This document shows, in pieces, positions 1 to 8,199 of a stretch of 12,426 bases of DNA (positions within the stretch are counted from its first letter, which is position 1; the number at the start of each line of letters is the position of its first letter). Source of the DNA: Snowella sp. (lineage in GTDB: Bacteria > Cyanobacteriota > Cyanobacteriia > Cyanobacteriales > Microcystaceae); contig JAYKGY010000042.1 of assembly GCA_035285545.1 (NCBI GenBank), forward strand, positions 1-12,426, in the 5' to 3' direction. The notes beneath the pieces are model-generated. The model was not told the DNA's origin and made no database searches. It worked only from the letters and a program-made list of their open reading frames with translations. A program made the translations under genes and the position numbers.

Positions 1-50
1 CTGAAGCTTTAGCGATCGCGAAAACTCAATTATTAGATAGCTTGAAATAG
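1..50 (+). CDS. alaS: 3' end of a gene truncated by the window start, probably alanine--tRNA ligase
   Basis: Frame 3 reads EALAIAKTQLLDSLK then TAG at 48-50, followed by a terminator hairpin. It resembles the terminal helix of cyanobacterial AlaS, but only 15 residues are visible, so the identity is tentative. Confidence 0.45.
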   Translation, partial: EALAIAKTQLLDSLK

Positions 51-56
51 TTAAAC

Positions 57-85
57 AAAGGGGTAATAATTGCCCCTTTTTTGTT
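57..85. terminator. Intrinsic terminator, probably bidirectional
   Basis: AAAGGGGTAA (57-66), loop TAA, TTGCCCCTTT (70-79), followed by a T-run on +. A T-rich tail also follows on the minus strand. It lies between convergent genes. Confidence 0.8.
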
Positions 86-211
86 GTTATGGTAATTTTT
101 CCGCTTAACTGGAGTTAAGACTAATTCACTGAAGTTAAGCCCGATGAGTAACCAAAAGATTGATTACCCATCCAATTAGCTTATTTTAGTTTTTTTCAAA
201 CGAAATCAAAA

Positions 212-1447
212 TTAAACTGAAAAATTCGCCGTGATGCGACGTAACGCTTCTTCTACATTTTCCCGACTGTTAAAAGCCGAAATGCGGAAATAACCTTCTC
301 CTGCGGCTCCAAATCCCGATCCAGGCGTTCCCACCACGTTGCAAGTATGCAATAACTTATCGAAGAAATCCCAGCTAGAGAGACCATTGGGCGTTTTCAC
401 CCAAACGTAAGGCGCATTAACACCACCATAAACGGAGAAACCCGCCGCCGTCAGTTGTTCACAAATCATGCGAGCATTGTCCATATAGAAGCTGACTAAG
501 GCTTTGACTTGAGCTTGTCCTGCTTCGGAATAAACCGCTTCGGCTCCCCGTTGCACGATATAGGAAACCCCGTTAAATTTGGTGGATTGACGACGATTCC
601 ACAGGGGCCAAATTTCCACTTCCGACCCATCGGCGGTTTTTGCTTTTAAGGTTTTGGGAACAACAGTCAGAGCACAACGGGTTCCCGTAAAGCCTGCATT
701 TTTAGAGAAAGACCGAAACTCGATCGCGCAATCCCTCGCTCCTTCAATCTCATAGATAGAGTGGGGAATACTGGGATCGGTAATAAAGGCTTCGTAAGCT
801 GCATCAAAGAAAATAATAGAGCCATTAGCTTTAGCGTAATTAACCCAGGCTTGTAAATGCTCTTTGGTAGCCGTTGCCCCTGTCGGGTTATTGGGAAAAC
901 AGAGATAGATCAAATCTACTTTTTGGTCAGGAATTTGCGCGGTAAAGTTATTGTCTGCCGAGATGGGTAAATAAACTAAACCGCCGTATTCACCCTTCTC
1001 GTTAGCTTCGCCTGTATGACCTGCCATGACGTTCGTATCCACATAAACGGGATAAACGGGATCAGTCACGGCGATAACATTATTGTCACCAAAAATATCT
1101 AAAATATTTCCCGTATCGCACTTAGAACCGTCGGAAATAAAGATTTCGGAGGCATCAATCTCGCAACCTCTGGCTTGAAAATCCTGTTGAGCAATTTTTT
1201 CCCGCAGCCAGGCGTAACCCTGTTCTGGCCCGTAACCTTTAAATAAAGCGCGATCGCCCATATCATTGACGGCTTGGATCATCGCATCGCGGCAGGCTTG
1301 GGGTAAGGGTTCAGTGACATCACCGATACCTAACCGAATAATTTTCGCATCGGGATTCGCTTCTGCAAAGGCATTGACCCGACGAGCGATTTCAGGAAAA
1401 AGATAACCTGCTTTTAATTTCAGGTAGTTGTCGTTAATTCTGGCCAT
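212..1447 (-). CDS. dapL: LL-diaminopimelate aminotransferase
   Basis: 411 aa with the DapL-type N-terminus ([26 protein letters not shown]) and PLP class I motifs [13 protein letters not shown] and [13 protein letters not shown]. Confidence 0.97.
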   Translation of the reverse strand: MARINDNYLKLKAGYLFPEIARRVNAFAEANPDAKIIRLGIGDVTEPLPQACRDAMIQAVNDMGDRALFKGYGPEQGYAWLREKIAQQDFQARGCEIDASEIFISDGSKCDTGNILDIFGDNNVIAVTDPVYPVYVDTNVMAGHTGEANEKGEYGGLVYLPISADNNFTAQIPDQKVDLIYLCFPNNPTGATATKEHLQAWVNYAKANGSIIFFDAAYEAFITDPSIPHSIYEIEGARDCAIEFRSFSKNAGFTGTRCALTVVPKTLKAKTADGSEVEIWPLWNRRQSTKFNGVSYIVQRGAEAVYSEAGQAQVKALVSFYMDNARMICEQLTAAGFSVYGGVNAPYVWVKTPNGLSSWDFFDKLLHTCNVVGTPGSGFGAAGEGYFRISAFNSRENVEEALRRITANFSV

Positions 1448-1507
1448 GGTGAATTGAGGTTATGGATCGACGTTCTAGCTATTCAGTGAATCAGATACTA
1501 GCCTATC

Positions 1508-1513
1508 ATTCTA
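1508..1513 (-). promoter_or_regulatory. Candidate -10 element (TAGAAT) for dapL
   Basis: ATTCTA on + reads TAGAAT on -, about 60 nt upstream of the dapL ATG. It is flanked by two copies of CTATTCAGT (1479-1487 and 1522-1530). Confidence 0.35.
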
Positions 1514-1580
1514 CGAACTCACTATTCAGTTTTTGATTAAATGACGCTTACGAATATAATTGTTTGATTTGAAACACAAC

Positions 1581-2045
1581 TTACAAATTCTCCCATAAAT
1601 CGGCTTTAGCAAAGCGTTGTAAGTGTCTTAAATTCGTTGTTGCAATAACCACTTCTCTACCAGGATTTTCTAATTCTAATCGTCTAAACTGGGCGCAGAT
1701 AATGATATCGAAATTAATATCCATTGATGGTGCAACTTGAATTCCTTTAACAATGGACTGAACCCAAAGTTGGCAAGCTATTTCAATATCTGATGCTTTA
1801 ACATCAATAAAATCAATCAAGTTTTCTAGTTCTGTTAATTTTTGAGTTCCAGAAACTGTAAATGATGTTTTTTCTTGAACTAAAAGCAAACTTTTTTTAA
1901 CTTCGTATTTACAAATTTGTGAGCTTAATATCGTACAACCTTTGACAATTTTATTATACAGCCACTCTTCACATTTTATATTAATTGCCGATTCATTAGG
2001 ATTAGACAGAATCCCTAAAACTCCTGAGTCTATGAGAATGATCAT
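1581..2045 (-). CDS. PIN-domain (VapC-like) ribonuclease, putative toxin
   Basis: 154 aa with PIN fold signatures: N-terminal IILIDSGVLG, KYEV, FDIIICAQ and C-terminal IATTNLRHL. The SD AAGGA (2052-2056, minus strand) overlaps the upstream gene's stop codon. Confidence 0.85.
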   Translation of the reverse strand: MIILIDSGVLGILSNPNESAINIKCEEWLYNKIVKGCTILSSQICKYEVKKSLLLVQEKTSFTVSGTQKLTELENLIDFIDVKASDIEIACQLWVQSIVKGIQVAPSMDINFDIIICAQFRRLELENPGREVVIATTNLRHLQRFAKADLWENL

Positions 2046-2054
2046 TTATTGTCC

Positions 2055-2819
2055 TTACGGATGATAGAGTTTCCAGCCACTTGCTCTAAAACTATCCATT
2101 TTTTGATAAAAATATTCCTCAAAGTCAATATTTTGCTGAGATTCTTTAGGGGGATGATTTTTTCTTTGTTCTATTTTTGCTTTTAATTGACTAAGTGCTA
2201 TTGCTTTAAGTTGCTGTTTTTGATTTTCAGTATTTTGATGCTGAATCTGATCAATTAATTGTAAACCTGATAAGATTATCCTTCTAATCGCAGTTTTTTC
2301 ATTATAAAATTCTGTTTTTTCTTGTTCTTTTTCAAGATCAATCTGTAAAATTTCTTTTAATATAGATTCTATTAAAAATAAACTTTCATCCCAAGTATTG
2401 ATATTGATTAAATTCTGGATAGTTTGAATTTTCTGTAAAACTTTTTCTAAGCGATCAACACAGTGATAAAGAACCGACCAATAAATTTCTGGCGTTGCGC
2501 TTGAATTTTCAAGTTTTTCTAGCCACAATAAGCTTTGATAAAAATTTTCTAGTAATGCCAAATATTGCAACGTTAAATCGCGCTCATCATCCGTTCTATT
2601 TTGCCCTAATTCCACTAATACATTAAGCTCATCTTTTAAGGTTTCGAGTAGGTGTATTTTATTTCCTAGTTCGGGAGTTTGATTAATTGTTTCAATTGCT
2701 TTATCAATTTTTTGATTAATTACTTTATTAACCTCAGTCAAAACACTTGTTGACTTAACAAGAGGCCAATATTGAATCAGGGCGTTGTGTTTAATTTGTT
2801 CAGCGATCGCTTGAATCAT
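2055..2819 (-). CDS. Hypothetical helical/coiled-coil protein, putative antitoxin or partner of the PIN protein
   Basis: 254-aa ORF rich in Leu/Ile/Glu/Gln/Lys. SD AGAGGA (2827-2832) lies 7 nt upstream of the ATG. The ORF ends 9 nt before the PIN start, and the DNA is visibly AT-rich. Confidence 0.7.
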   Translation of the reverse strand: MIQAIAEQIKHNALIQYWPLVKSTSVLTEVNKVINQKIDKAIETINQTPELGNKIHLLETLKDELNVLVELGQNRTDDERDLTLQYLALLENFYQSLLWLEKLENSSATPEIYWSVLYHCVDRLEKVLQKIQTIQNLININTWDESLFLIESILKEILQIDLEKEQEKTEFYNEKTAIRRIILSGLQLIDQIQHQNTENQKQQLKAIALSQLKAKIEQRKNHPPKESQQNIDFEEYFYQKMDSFRASGWKLYHP

Positions 2820-2920
2820 CCGATTTTCCTCTACTGCCCATCAATTTATTATCTTAAGCAAAATAGACCTAAAATTTCTTGTTAAACAGAAAAAATTAAC
2901 CCATTAGGCTGATAGCTAAT

Positions 2921-2926
2921 ATTGTA
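2921..2926 (-). promoter_or_regulatory. Candidate -10 element (TACAAT) for the 254-aa/PIN cassette
   Basis: ATTGTA on + reads TACAAT on -, just downstream of the lysC stop and about 100 nt upstream of the cassette ATG. Confidence 0.35.
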
Positions 2927-2936
2927 ACGAAAAACC

Positions 2937-4739
2937 TTAAGCAGGAACTTGAACGACTTCTTGCCCTGCCAGTTCAAAAGCAGCATGAACGCATTTTAAA
3001 GCTTTGACCGCATCATCTTGGGAAACCAGACAACTAACTTTAATTTCAGAGGTCGCAATCATCTGAATATTGATATTTTCTTTGGCTAAGGAATCAAAGA
3101 ATTTAGCGGCAACGCCAGGATGACCGACCATACCCGAACCGACGATACTCACTTTTGCTACGTCTTCATTAATCACGATTTCGCCTAAACCAAGCTTAGG
3201 AGCTAACTTATCTAGAACGGTTCGTGTTGCAATAATATCGGCTTCAGGAATGGTAAAAGCAATATCTCGTCGGGGAATATCATCCACAATTCGACAGCGT
3301 TGGGATTGAATAATCATATCGACACTAATCCCGTTATCAGCCAGAGTCGTAAAGATTTGGGCAGCCATACCAGGACGATCCGGAATATGACGAATTGCAA
3401 CCTGAGCGCGTTTCATATCCAATGCCACACCCCGAACAGGCGGTAAATGGGCAAAGTCGTTACCTGACGCTTGAGGAGCTTGGGTGACTCCAAAGGCTTT
3501 ACAGAGGGCCGCGATCGCGCGATCGCCGTGAGTTTCATCAATGACACAACTGACTTTTACCTCTGAGGTCGAAATCATTTCAATATTGATCTGCTCATCG
3601 GCTAAGGTTTTGAACATTTTGGCCGCAATACCGGGTCGTCCGATCATTCCTGCTCCTGCGATCGCCACTTTAGCGGTTCGTTTTTCCACAATCACTTCGG
3701 CTTCATCTTTATTGCTGGGATGACTGCGTAGGGCAGGCGCGATCGCTTCGGCTACGGCTTCGGCTTTAGTAAGTAAGTTTTTAACGACCGTAAAGGCAAT
3801 ATCGTTACTATTTCCTTCATGAATCGATTGAATAATCAAATCCACATCAACGCGCTGATGGGAAATTTCGCCAAATAATTTAGCCGCAACCCCAGGACAA
3901 TCAGGAACCCGTAATAAGGCAACTTTAGCTTGATCGGGATCGTATTCAACCGCATCAACGGCTTTCGTAATTTCTAAGCCAACCAAGGAACGAGGTTTCG
4001 GCGGCGGAGCTAAAACTTTAGTGCCTGGGGCATCACTCCAACTCGAACGCACGACCAGAAGAACACCAAAATTGCGGGCAATCTCAACGGCTCTCGGATG
4101 CAAAACATTGGCCCCTAAACTGGCCAGTTCCAACATTTCATCGCAGGTAATTTCTTCAAGGAGTTGGGCTTCAGGGACAAGGCGGGGATCGGTGGTTAAA
4201 ATGCCAGGCACATCGGTATAAATTTCACATAGATCGGCTTTCAAGGCTGCTGCTAAGGCCACTGCCGAAGTATCTGAGCCGCCCCGTCCCAAGGTGGTAA
4301 TTTCTAAATTATCGATACTGCTAATCCCCTGAAACCCTGCAACGACGATCACTTTGCCTTCTTGAAGATGGTGCGTCAGGCGATCGGGTTTAATTTCTAA
4401 AATACGGGCCCGACTGTGTTCGGCTTCTGTCACAATTCCGACTTGGGCACCTGTTAAGGAAATTGCAGGTTGTCCTAACTCTTGCAGAGCCATACTGAGC
4501 AGGGCAATAGATACCTGTTCCCCCGTTGAAAGGAGCATATCCATTTCCCGACGGCTCGGATTAGACGAAATCTCTTGCGCTAAATTGACCAAAGTGTCAG
4601 TGGTTTTTCCCATTGCAGAGACAACAACGACAACGGAATGGCCGTCACGAACCGTTTTATAGACTCGTTGGGCAACGGCTTGAATGCGTTCGACAGTTCC
4701 GACTGAGGTTCCACCGTATTTTTGGACAATTAGAGCCAT
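2937..4739 (-). CDS. lysC: Aspartate kinase, cyanobacterial type with four ACT domains
   Basis: 600 aa with [34 protein letters not shown] and YTDVPG motifs, plus a duplicated ACT pair ([11 protein letters not shown]...STSEVKVSC and [11 protein letters not shown]...ATSEIKVSC). Confidence 0.97.
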   Translation of the reverse strand: MALIVQKYGGTSVGTVERIQAVAQRVYKTVRDGHSVVVVVSAMGKTTDTLVNLAQEISSNPSRREMDMLLSTGEQVSIALLSMALQELGQPAISLTGAQVGIVTEAEHSRARILEIKPDRLTHHLQEGKVIVVAGFQGISSIDNLEITTLGRGGSDTSAVALAAALKADLCEIYTDVPGILTTDPRLVPEAQLLEEITCDEMLELASLGANVLHPRAVEIARNFGVLLVVRSSWSDAPGTKVLAPPPKPRSLVGLEITKAVDAVEYDPDQAKVALLRVPDCPGVAAKLFGEISHQRVDVDLIIQSIHEGNSNDIAFTVVKNLLTKAEAVAEAIAPALRSHPSNKDEAEVIVEKRTAKVAIAGAGMIGRPGIAAKMFKTLADEQINIEMISTSEVKVSCVIDETHGDRAIAALCKAFGVTQAPQASGNDFAHLPPVRGVALDMKRAQVAIRHIPDRPGMAAQIFTTLADNGISVDMIIQSQRCRIVDDIPRRDIAFTIPEADIIATRTVLDKLAPKLGLGEIVINEDVAKVSIVGSGMVGHPGVAAKFFDSLAKENINIQMIATSEIKVSCLVSQDDAVKALKCVHAAFELAGQEVVQVPA

Positions 4740-4933
4740 GAGCGTGATTAAAAATTAAGCATAAAAATTGAGTCTCGACTATCTAAAATAACAAACTCTG
4801 TCTGGGAAAAACTAACGAGTTTTACATTTCTTTCCAAATACAGGGATCTACTTGATTATCGATAGTTGGCAGAGTATTTTCATCCAGATCGCGACTTTTA
4901 GCAAAAATTGATAGTGAACTATCGTTCATAGGT

Positions 4934-4939
4934 TACAAT
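4934..4939 (+). promoter_or_regulatory. Candidate -10 element (TACAAT) of znuA
   Basis: TACAAT lies 4 nt upstream of the Zur-like box and 40 nt upstream of the znuA ATG. Confidence 0.6.
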
Positions 4940-4943
4940 GCAA

Positions 4944-4958
4944 TGAGAATGATTATCA
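4944..4958. promoter_or_regulatory. Zur (FurB) binding box
   Basis: TGAGAATGATTATCA differs by one base from the cyanobacterial 7-1-7 Zur consensus TGATAATNATTATCA. It overlaps the expected transcription start of a zinc uptake operon. Confidence 0.85.
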
Positions 4959-4979
4959 CTCTATTGACTGGGTATTTTC

Positions 4980-5918
4980 ATGTCAGCTTTTTTCCGCGTT
5001 GCTTTTCTTGCCCTGATTCTCGGTTCTTCGTCTTTGGTCGGTTGTCGTCAGGCTGCCGTCCCTGAGCAAGTTCAAGCAGTCAATCAAATTCCGTTAACCG
5101 TTAGCATTGAACCGCAAAAATATTTTGTTGAACGGATTGGCGGCGATCGCGTCAACGTGAATGTCATGGTGCCAATCGGAACCGATCCCCATACCTACGA
5201 ACCGAAACCCGATCAAATGCGGGCCTTAGCAGGCTCCAAAGCCTACTTTAGAATTGGGGGAGACTTGGAAGATGCCTGGATGCCTCGACTATTAGCGGCC
5301 AATAGCAACTTAAATATTGTTGATACCAGCCAAAATATTGAAAAAATCCCTACCGTTGGGCACAGTCACGATCATGGTCACGATCATGGCCATGACAAAG
5401 CAGAAAAAGCCGCACCTGAAACTGGGGAAAGCCTCGATTCTCATATCTGGCTATCACCGCAACGGGTTAAGCAACAAGCCCAAACCATTTATCAATCCTT
5501 AGTAAAACTCGATCCCCAACATCAAGCAGAGTATGAAGCAAATTTGAAGAAATTTACTCAAGATCTCGATAGTTTAGACCAAGACATTCGCCAACAATTA
5601 ACGGGGTTAAAACATAAAACCTTTATGGTTTTTCATCCTGAGTGGGGATACTTTGCCAAAGATTATGGATTAACAATGGTAGCAATTGAAGTAGAAGGCA
5701 GTGAACCCAGTGCGGCCGAATTAGCGGACATTATCAAAGAAGCCAAAGAAAAGCAAATTAAAGTTATCTTTACTCAACCCGAATTTAGCCCCCAAACCTC
5801 CAACGCGATCGCGCAAGAAATAGGAGCCAAAGTCATTCCCATTAGTGCCTTTAGTGCCGACTGGTTAAATAATATGCGCCAAGTCAGCCAAACCCTCGCA
5901 ACCGAACTTAAATCCTAA
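4980..5918 (+). CDS. znuA: Zinc ABC transporter substrate-binding lipoprotein
   Basis: 312 aa with signal peptide and lipobox (LVGC), cluster A-I metal ligand motifs DPHTYEP, DSHIWLSP and FHPEWGYF, a His-rich loop HSHDHGHDHGHD, and an upstream Zur-like box. Confidence 0.92.
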   Translation: MSAFFRVAFLALILGSSSLVGCRQAAVPEQVQAVNQIPLTVSIEPQKYFVERIGGDRVNVNVMVPIGTDPHTYEPKPDQMRALAGSKAYFRIGGDLEDAWMPRLLAANSNLNIVDTSQNIEKIPTVGHSHDHGHDHGHDKAEKAAPETGESLDSHIWLSPQRVKQQAQTIYQSLVKLDPQHQAEYEANLKKFTQDLDSLDQDIRQQLTGLKHKTFMVFHPEWGYFAKDYGLTMVAIEVEGSEPSAAELADIIKEAKEKQIKVIFTQPEFSPQTSNAIAQEIGAKVIPISAFSADWLNNMRQVSQTLATELKS

Positions 5919-5930
5919 TCATCAATTAAT

Positions 5931-6014
5931 TATCAACTATTAACTATTAACTATCAATTATTCATTATCAACTATTAACTATTAACTATTAACTATTAAC
6001 TATTAACTATTAAT
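5931..6014. repeat. Heptamer tandem repeat (TATTAAC/TATCAAC), STRR-like
   Basis: Twelve in-register 7-mers: TATCAAC, TATTAAC x2, TATCAAT, TATTCAT, TATCAAC, TATTAAC x5, TATTAAT. The last unit overlaps the ATG at 6013. Confidence 0.95.
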
Positions 6015-6834
6015 GTTCCCTTCCCACCTACCGATCCCGACTTCAACCATTACGGAGTCTGATGCTCCAGAGATTATTTCCATTCGGAATTTATGGGCGA
6101 ATTATGGCGTGGAAATGGTGTTAGAAAATATTAATTTATCGGTGCGTGAGTTGGATTTTTTGGGTATTATCGGCCCCAATGGTGGGGGGAAAACAACCTT
6201 ATTAAAAGTATTATTAGGACTCCATCAACCTGCCCAAGGAAATATTCAAATTTTAGGAAAACCTGTTGAACAAGGGCGCAAGTATATTGGTTATGTTCCC
6301 CAATTTGTGAACTGCGATCACTCCTTTCCCATTAGTGTTTGGGATGTGGTGAAAATGGGGCGATTAGGGAAGCGGCGATTATTTCAACGGTATACCAAGC
6401 AAGATAACGAAAAGGTGGCAGAGGTTCTAAATTTGGTTGATCTCTATTCTTTACGCCATCGGGCCATTGGGGAATTATCCGGCGGACAACGGCAACGGGT
6501 TTATATTGCCAGAGCCTTAGCAACGGAACCCAAAATTTTAATTCTAGATGAACCGACCGCCAGTGTTGATCCCCAAATTAGAACCAGTATTTATTCCCTG
6601 CTAGAAGAACTCAACCAGTGGATCACGATTTTAATGATTTCCCATGATGTGGGCGCGATCGCTCGTTATGTCAAAACGGTGGGCTGTCTCAATCGGCGTT
6701 TACACTACCATCGAGAAAAACTATTGACCCAAACCATGTTAGAAGAAGCCTATCAATGCCCTGTGGATTTAATTGCTCACGGTTTACCCCATCGCGTTTT
6801 TTCTGATCATTCCGAGCATTGCCACGAACATTGA
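6013..6834 (+). CDS. znuC: Zinc/metal ABC transporter ATP-binding protein
   Basis: Walker A GPNGGGKTT, Q-loop YVPQ, signature LSGGQRQR, Walker B ILILDEPT, H-loop SHD, and a C-terminal Cys/His tail (CPVDLIAHG...HSEHCHEH). Confidence 0.92.
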   Translation: MFPSHLPIPTSTITESDAPEIISIRNLWANYGVEMVLENINLSVRELDFLGIIGPNGGGKTTLLKVLLGLHQPAQGNIQILGKPVEQGRKYIGYVPQFVNCDHSFPISVWDVVKMGRLGKRRLFQRYTKQDNEKVAEVLNLVDLYSLRHRAIGELSGGQRQRVYIARALATEPKILILDEPTASVDPQIRTSIYSLLEELNQWITILMISHDVGAIARYVKTVGCLNRRLHYHREKLLTQTMLEEAYQCPVDLIAHGLPHRVFSDHSEHCHEH

Positions 6835-6901
6835 TGCTGAATGGTTTACAAAAGTCGGTAGGATGGTTGAATGCTGTTGCCACTATCGAGATGGCTGAAA
6901 T

Positions 6902-8083
6902 ATGACCGTTTTTATGAATTCCCTTACCGTTGCCCCGACTGGCTCTTTTAAAGTTGCAGACTATTCACCCAAGGAACTTGATTTTTCTCTCATTCTGCCT
7001 ACCTTTAATGAGGGCGGTAATATTGCGGAAATTGTTCGAGTTTTAAGTGAATTACTTGATCCCGTGCTGGGCGATCGCTACGAATTAATTATTGTGGACG
7101 ACAACAGCCCCGATCAAACCTGGAAAATTGCCTTAGAACTAACGGCACAATATCCCCAACTGAAGGTTATCAATCGAGAAACGGAAAAAGGCTTATCAAC
7201 TGCGGTTATTCGGGGTTGGCAGGTGGCAAGTGGTGAAATTTTAGGGGTTATCGATGCAGATTTACAACATCCCCCCGAAATTCTCTTGCAGCTATTAGAA
7301 CAAATGGAGCAGGGGGCAGATCTGGCGATCGCGAGTCGTCATGTCGAAGGCGGCGGGGTGAGTGAATGGAGTGCTATCCGTCGTTTTTTGTCGAGGGGCG
7401 CGCAGTTATTAGGATTGGTCATCTTACCCGAAGTCTTAAATCGTCTGTCCGATCCCATGAGTGGCTTTTTTATGGTTCGTCGTCAGGCGATCGCGGGTAT
7501 TGAACTCAGTCCTGTGGGATACAAGATTTTGATTGAAGTGACGGCACGGGGACGAATTCGCTGGATCGGAGAAGTGGGTTACGTCTTTCGGGAACGGCAA
7601 GCGGGGGAAAGTAAAGTTACCTGGAAACAGTATTTGGAATACTTGCAACATTTATTGCGGTTGCGGCTCTCATTATCTTCTCGATTTATTCAGTTCTGCT
7701 TAGTAGGATTAAGTGGAGTCGTGGTCGATATGGGCTTTTTATTCTTATTCAGCGATCCCACCATGTTGGGTTGGCCGTTAACGCGCAGTAAAATTATTGC
7801 TTCAGAATTGGCGATTGTGAATAACTTTTTGTGGAATGATTTTTGGACATTTGGGGATGTCTCCCGTCGTCAACCTGGCAAACGGCAACGTATCAAGCGG
7901 TTTATCAAGTTCAATATCGTCTGTTTAGCGGGTTTAATTCTTAATGTAATTTTACTGAATATTTTCTTTAATGTTTTTGGCTTAAATCGTTATCTTGCCA
8001 ATTTTCTAGCCATTGTTGTCGTGACGCTCTGGAATTTCTGGGTAAATCTTAAACTCAGTTGGCGAGTAACCGAAGTAAAATAG
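6902..8083 (+). CDS. GT2 polyprenol-phosphate glycosyltransferase (DPM1-like) fused to a C-terminal GtrA-like membrane domain
   Basis: ILPTFNE, IIVDDNSPD, DADLQHPPE, SDPMSGFF and GESK motifs, followed by four hydrophobic segments with a GtrA-like pattern (FCLVGLSGVVVD, NNFLWNDFWTF, WNFWVNLKLSW). The start could instead be ATG 6914. Confidence 0.9.
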   Translation: MTVFMNSLTVAPTGSFKVADYSPKELDFSLILPTFNEGGNIAEIVRVLSELLDPVLGDRYELIIVDDNSPDQTWKIALELTAQYPQLKVINRETEKGLSTAVIRGWQVASGEILGVIDADLQHPPEILLQLLEQMEQGADLAIASRHVEGGGVSEWSAIRRFLSRGAQLLGLVILPEVLNRLSDPMSGFFMVRRQAIAGIELSPVGYKILIEVTARGRIRWIGEVGYVFRERQAGESKVTWKQYLEYLQHLLRLRLSLSSRFIQFCLVGLSGVVVDMGFLFLFSDPTMLGWPLTRSKIIASELAIVNNFLWNDFWTFGDVSRRQPGKRQRIKRFIKFNIVCLAGLILNVILLNIFFNVFGLNRYLANFLAIVVVTLWNFWVNLKLSWRVTEVK

Positions 8084-8199
8084 AAACTAGGAAGTTTAAT
8101 TTTTCGCTAAGTTCTTTCTTCAATTTCTCGTTTTCAAAGTAATTCGGAACCCAAAAAGCAGCGATCGCGTTCTCTTTTCAGGATATTCGTTAAATCAGA

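Noticed and set aside
103..140. Inverted repeat GCTTAACT...AGTTAAGC downstream of dapL
   Set aside because: It is short and AT-rich with no U-tract, and there is no second copy in the window to suggest a MITE or REP. At most it is a 3' stabilising hairpin.
3511..3526. Tandem HIP1-HIP1 in lysC
   Set aside because: It is compatible with the coding sequence (DRAIA) and unsurprising at this HIP1 density.
3541..4221. Plus-strand ORFs 3541-3723 and 4021-4221
   Set aside because: They are antisense shadows inside lysC with no recognisable motifs.
4740..4979. Lysine riboswitch upstream of lysC
   Set aside because: I see no L-box motifs or extended pairing. The gap is short, AT-rich and partly occupied by the znuA promoter.
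5317..5502. 61-aa alternative-frame ORF within znuA
   Set aside because: It is fully nested out of frame, and its repetitive VTIMVTIM simply mirrors the His-loop duplication.
5931..6014. Possible CRISPR array
   Set aside because: The units are contiguous 7-mers with no unique spacers, and no cas genes are present.
6332..7651. Minus-strand ORFs 6332-6523, 6689-6883 and 7436-7651
   Set aside because: They are antisense to well-supported znuC and GT2 genes and have no protein-family features.
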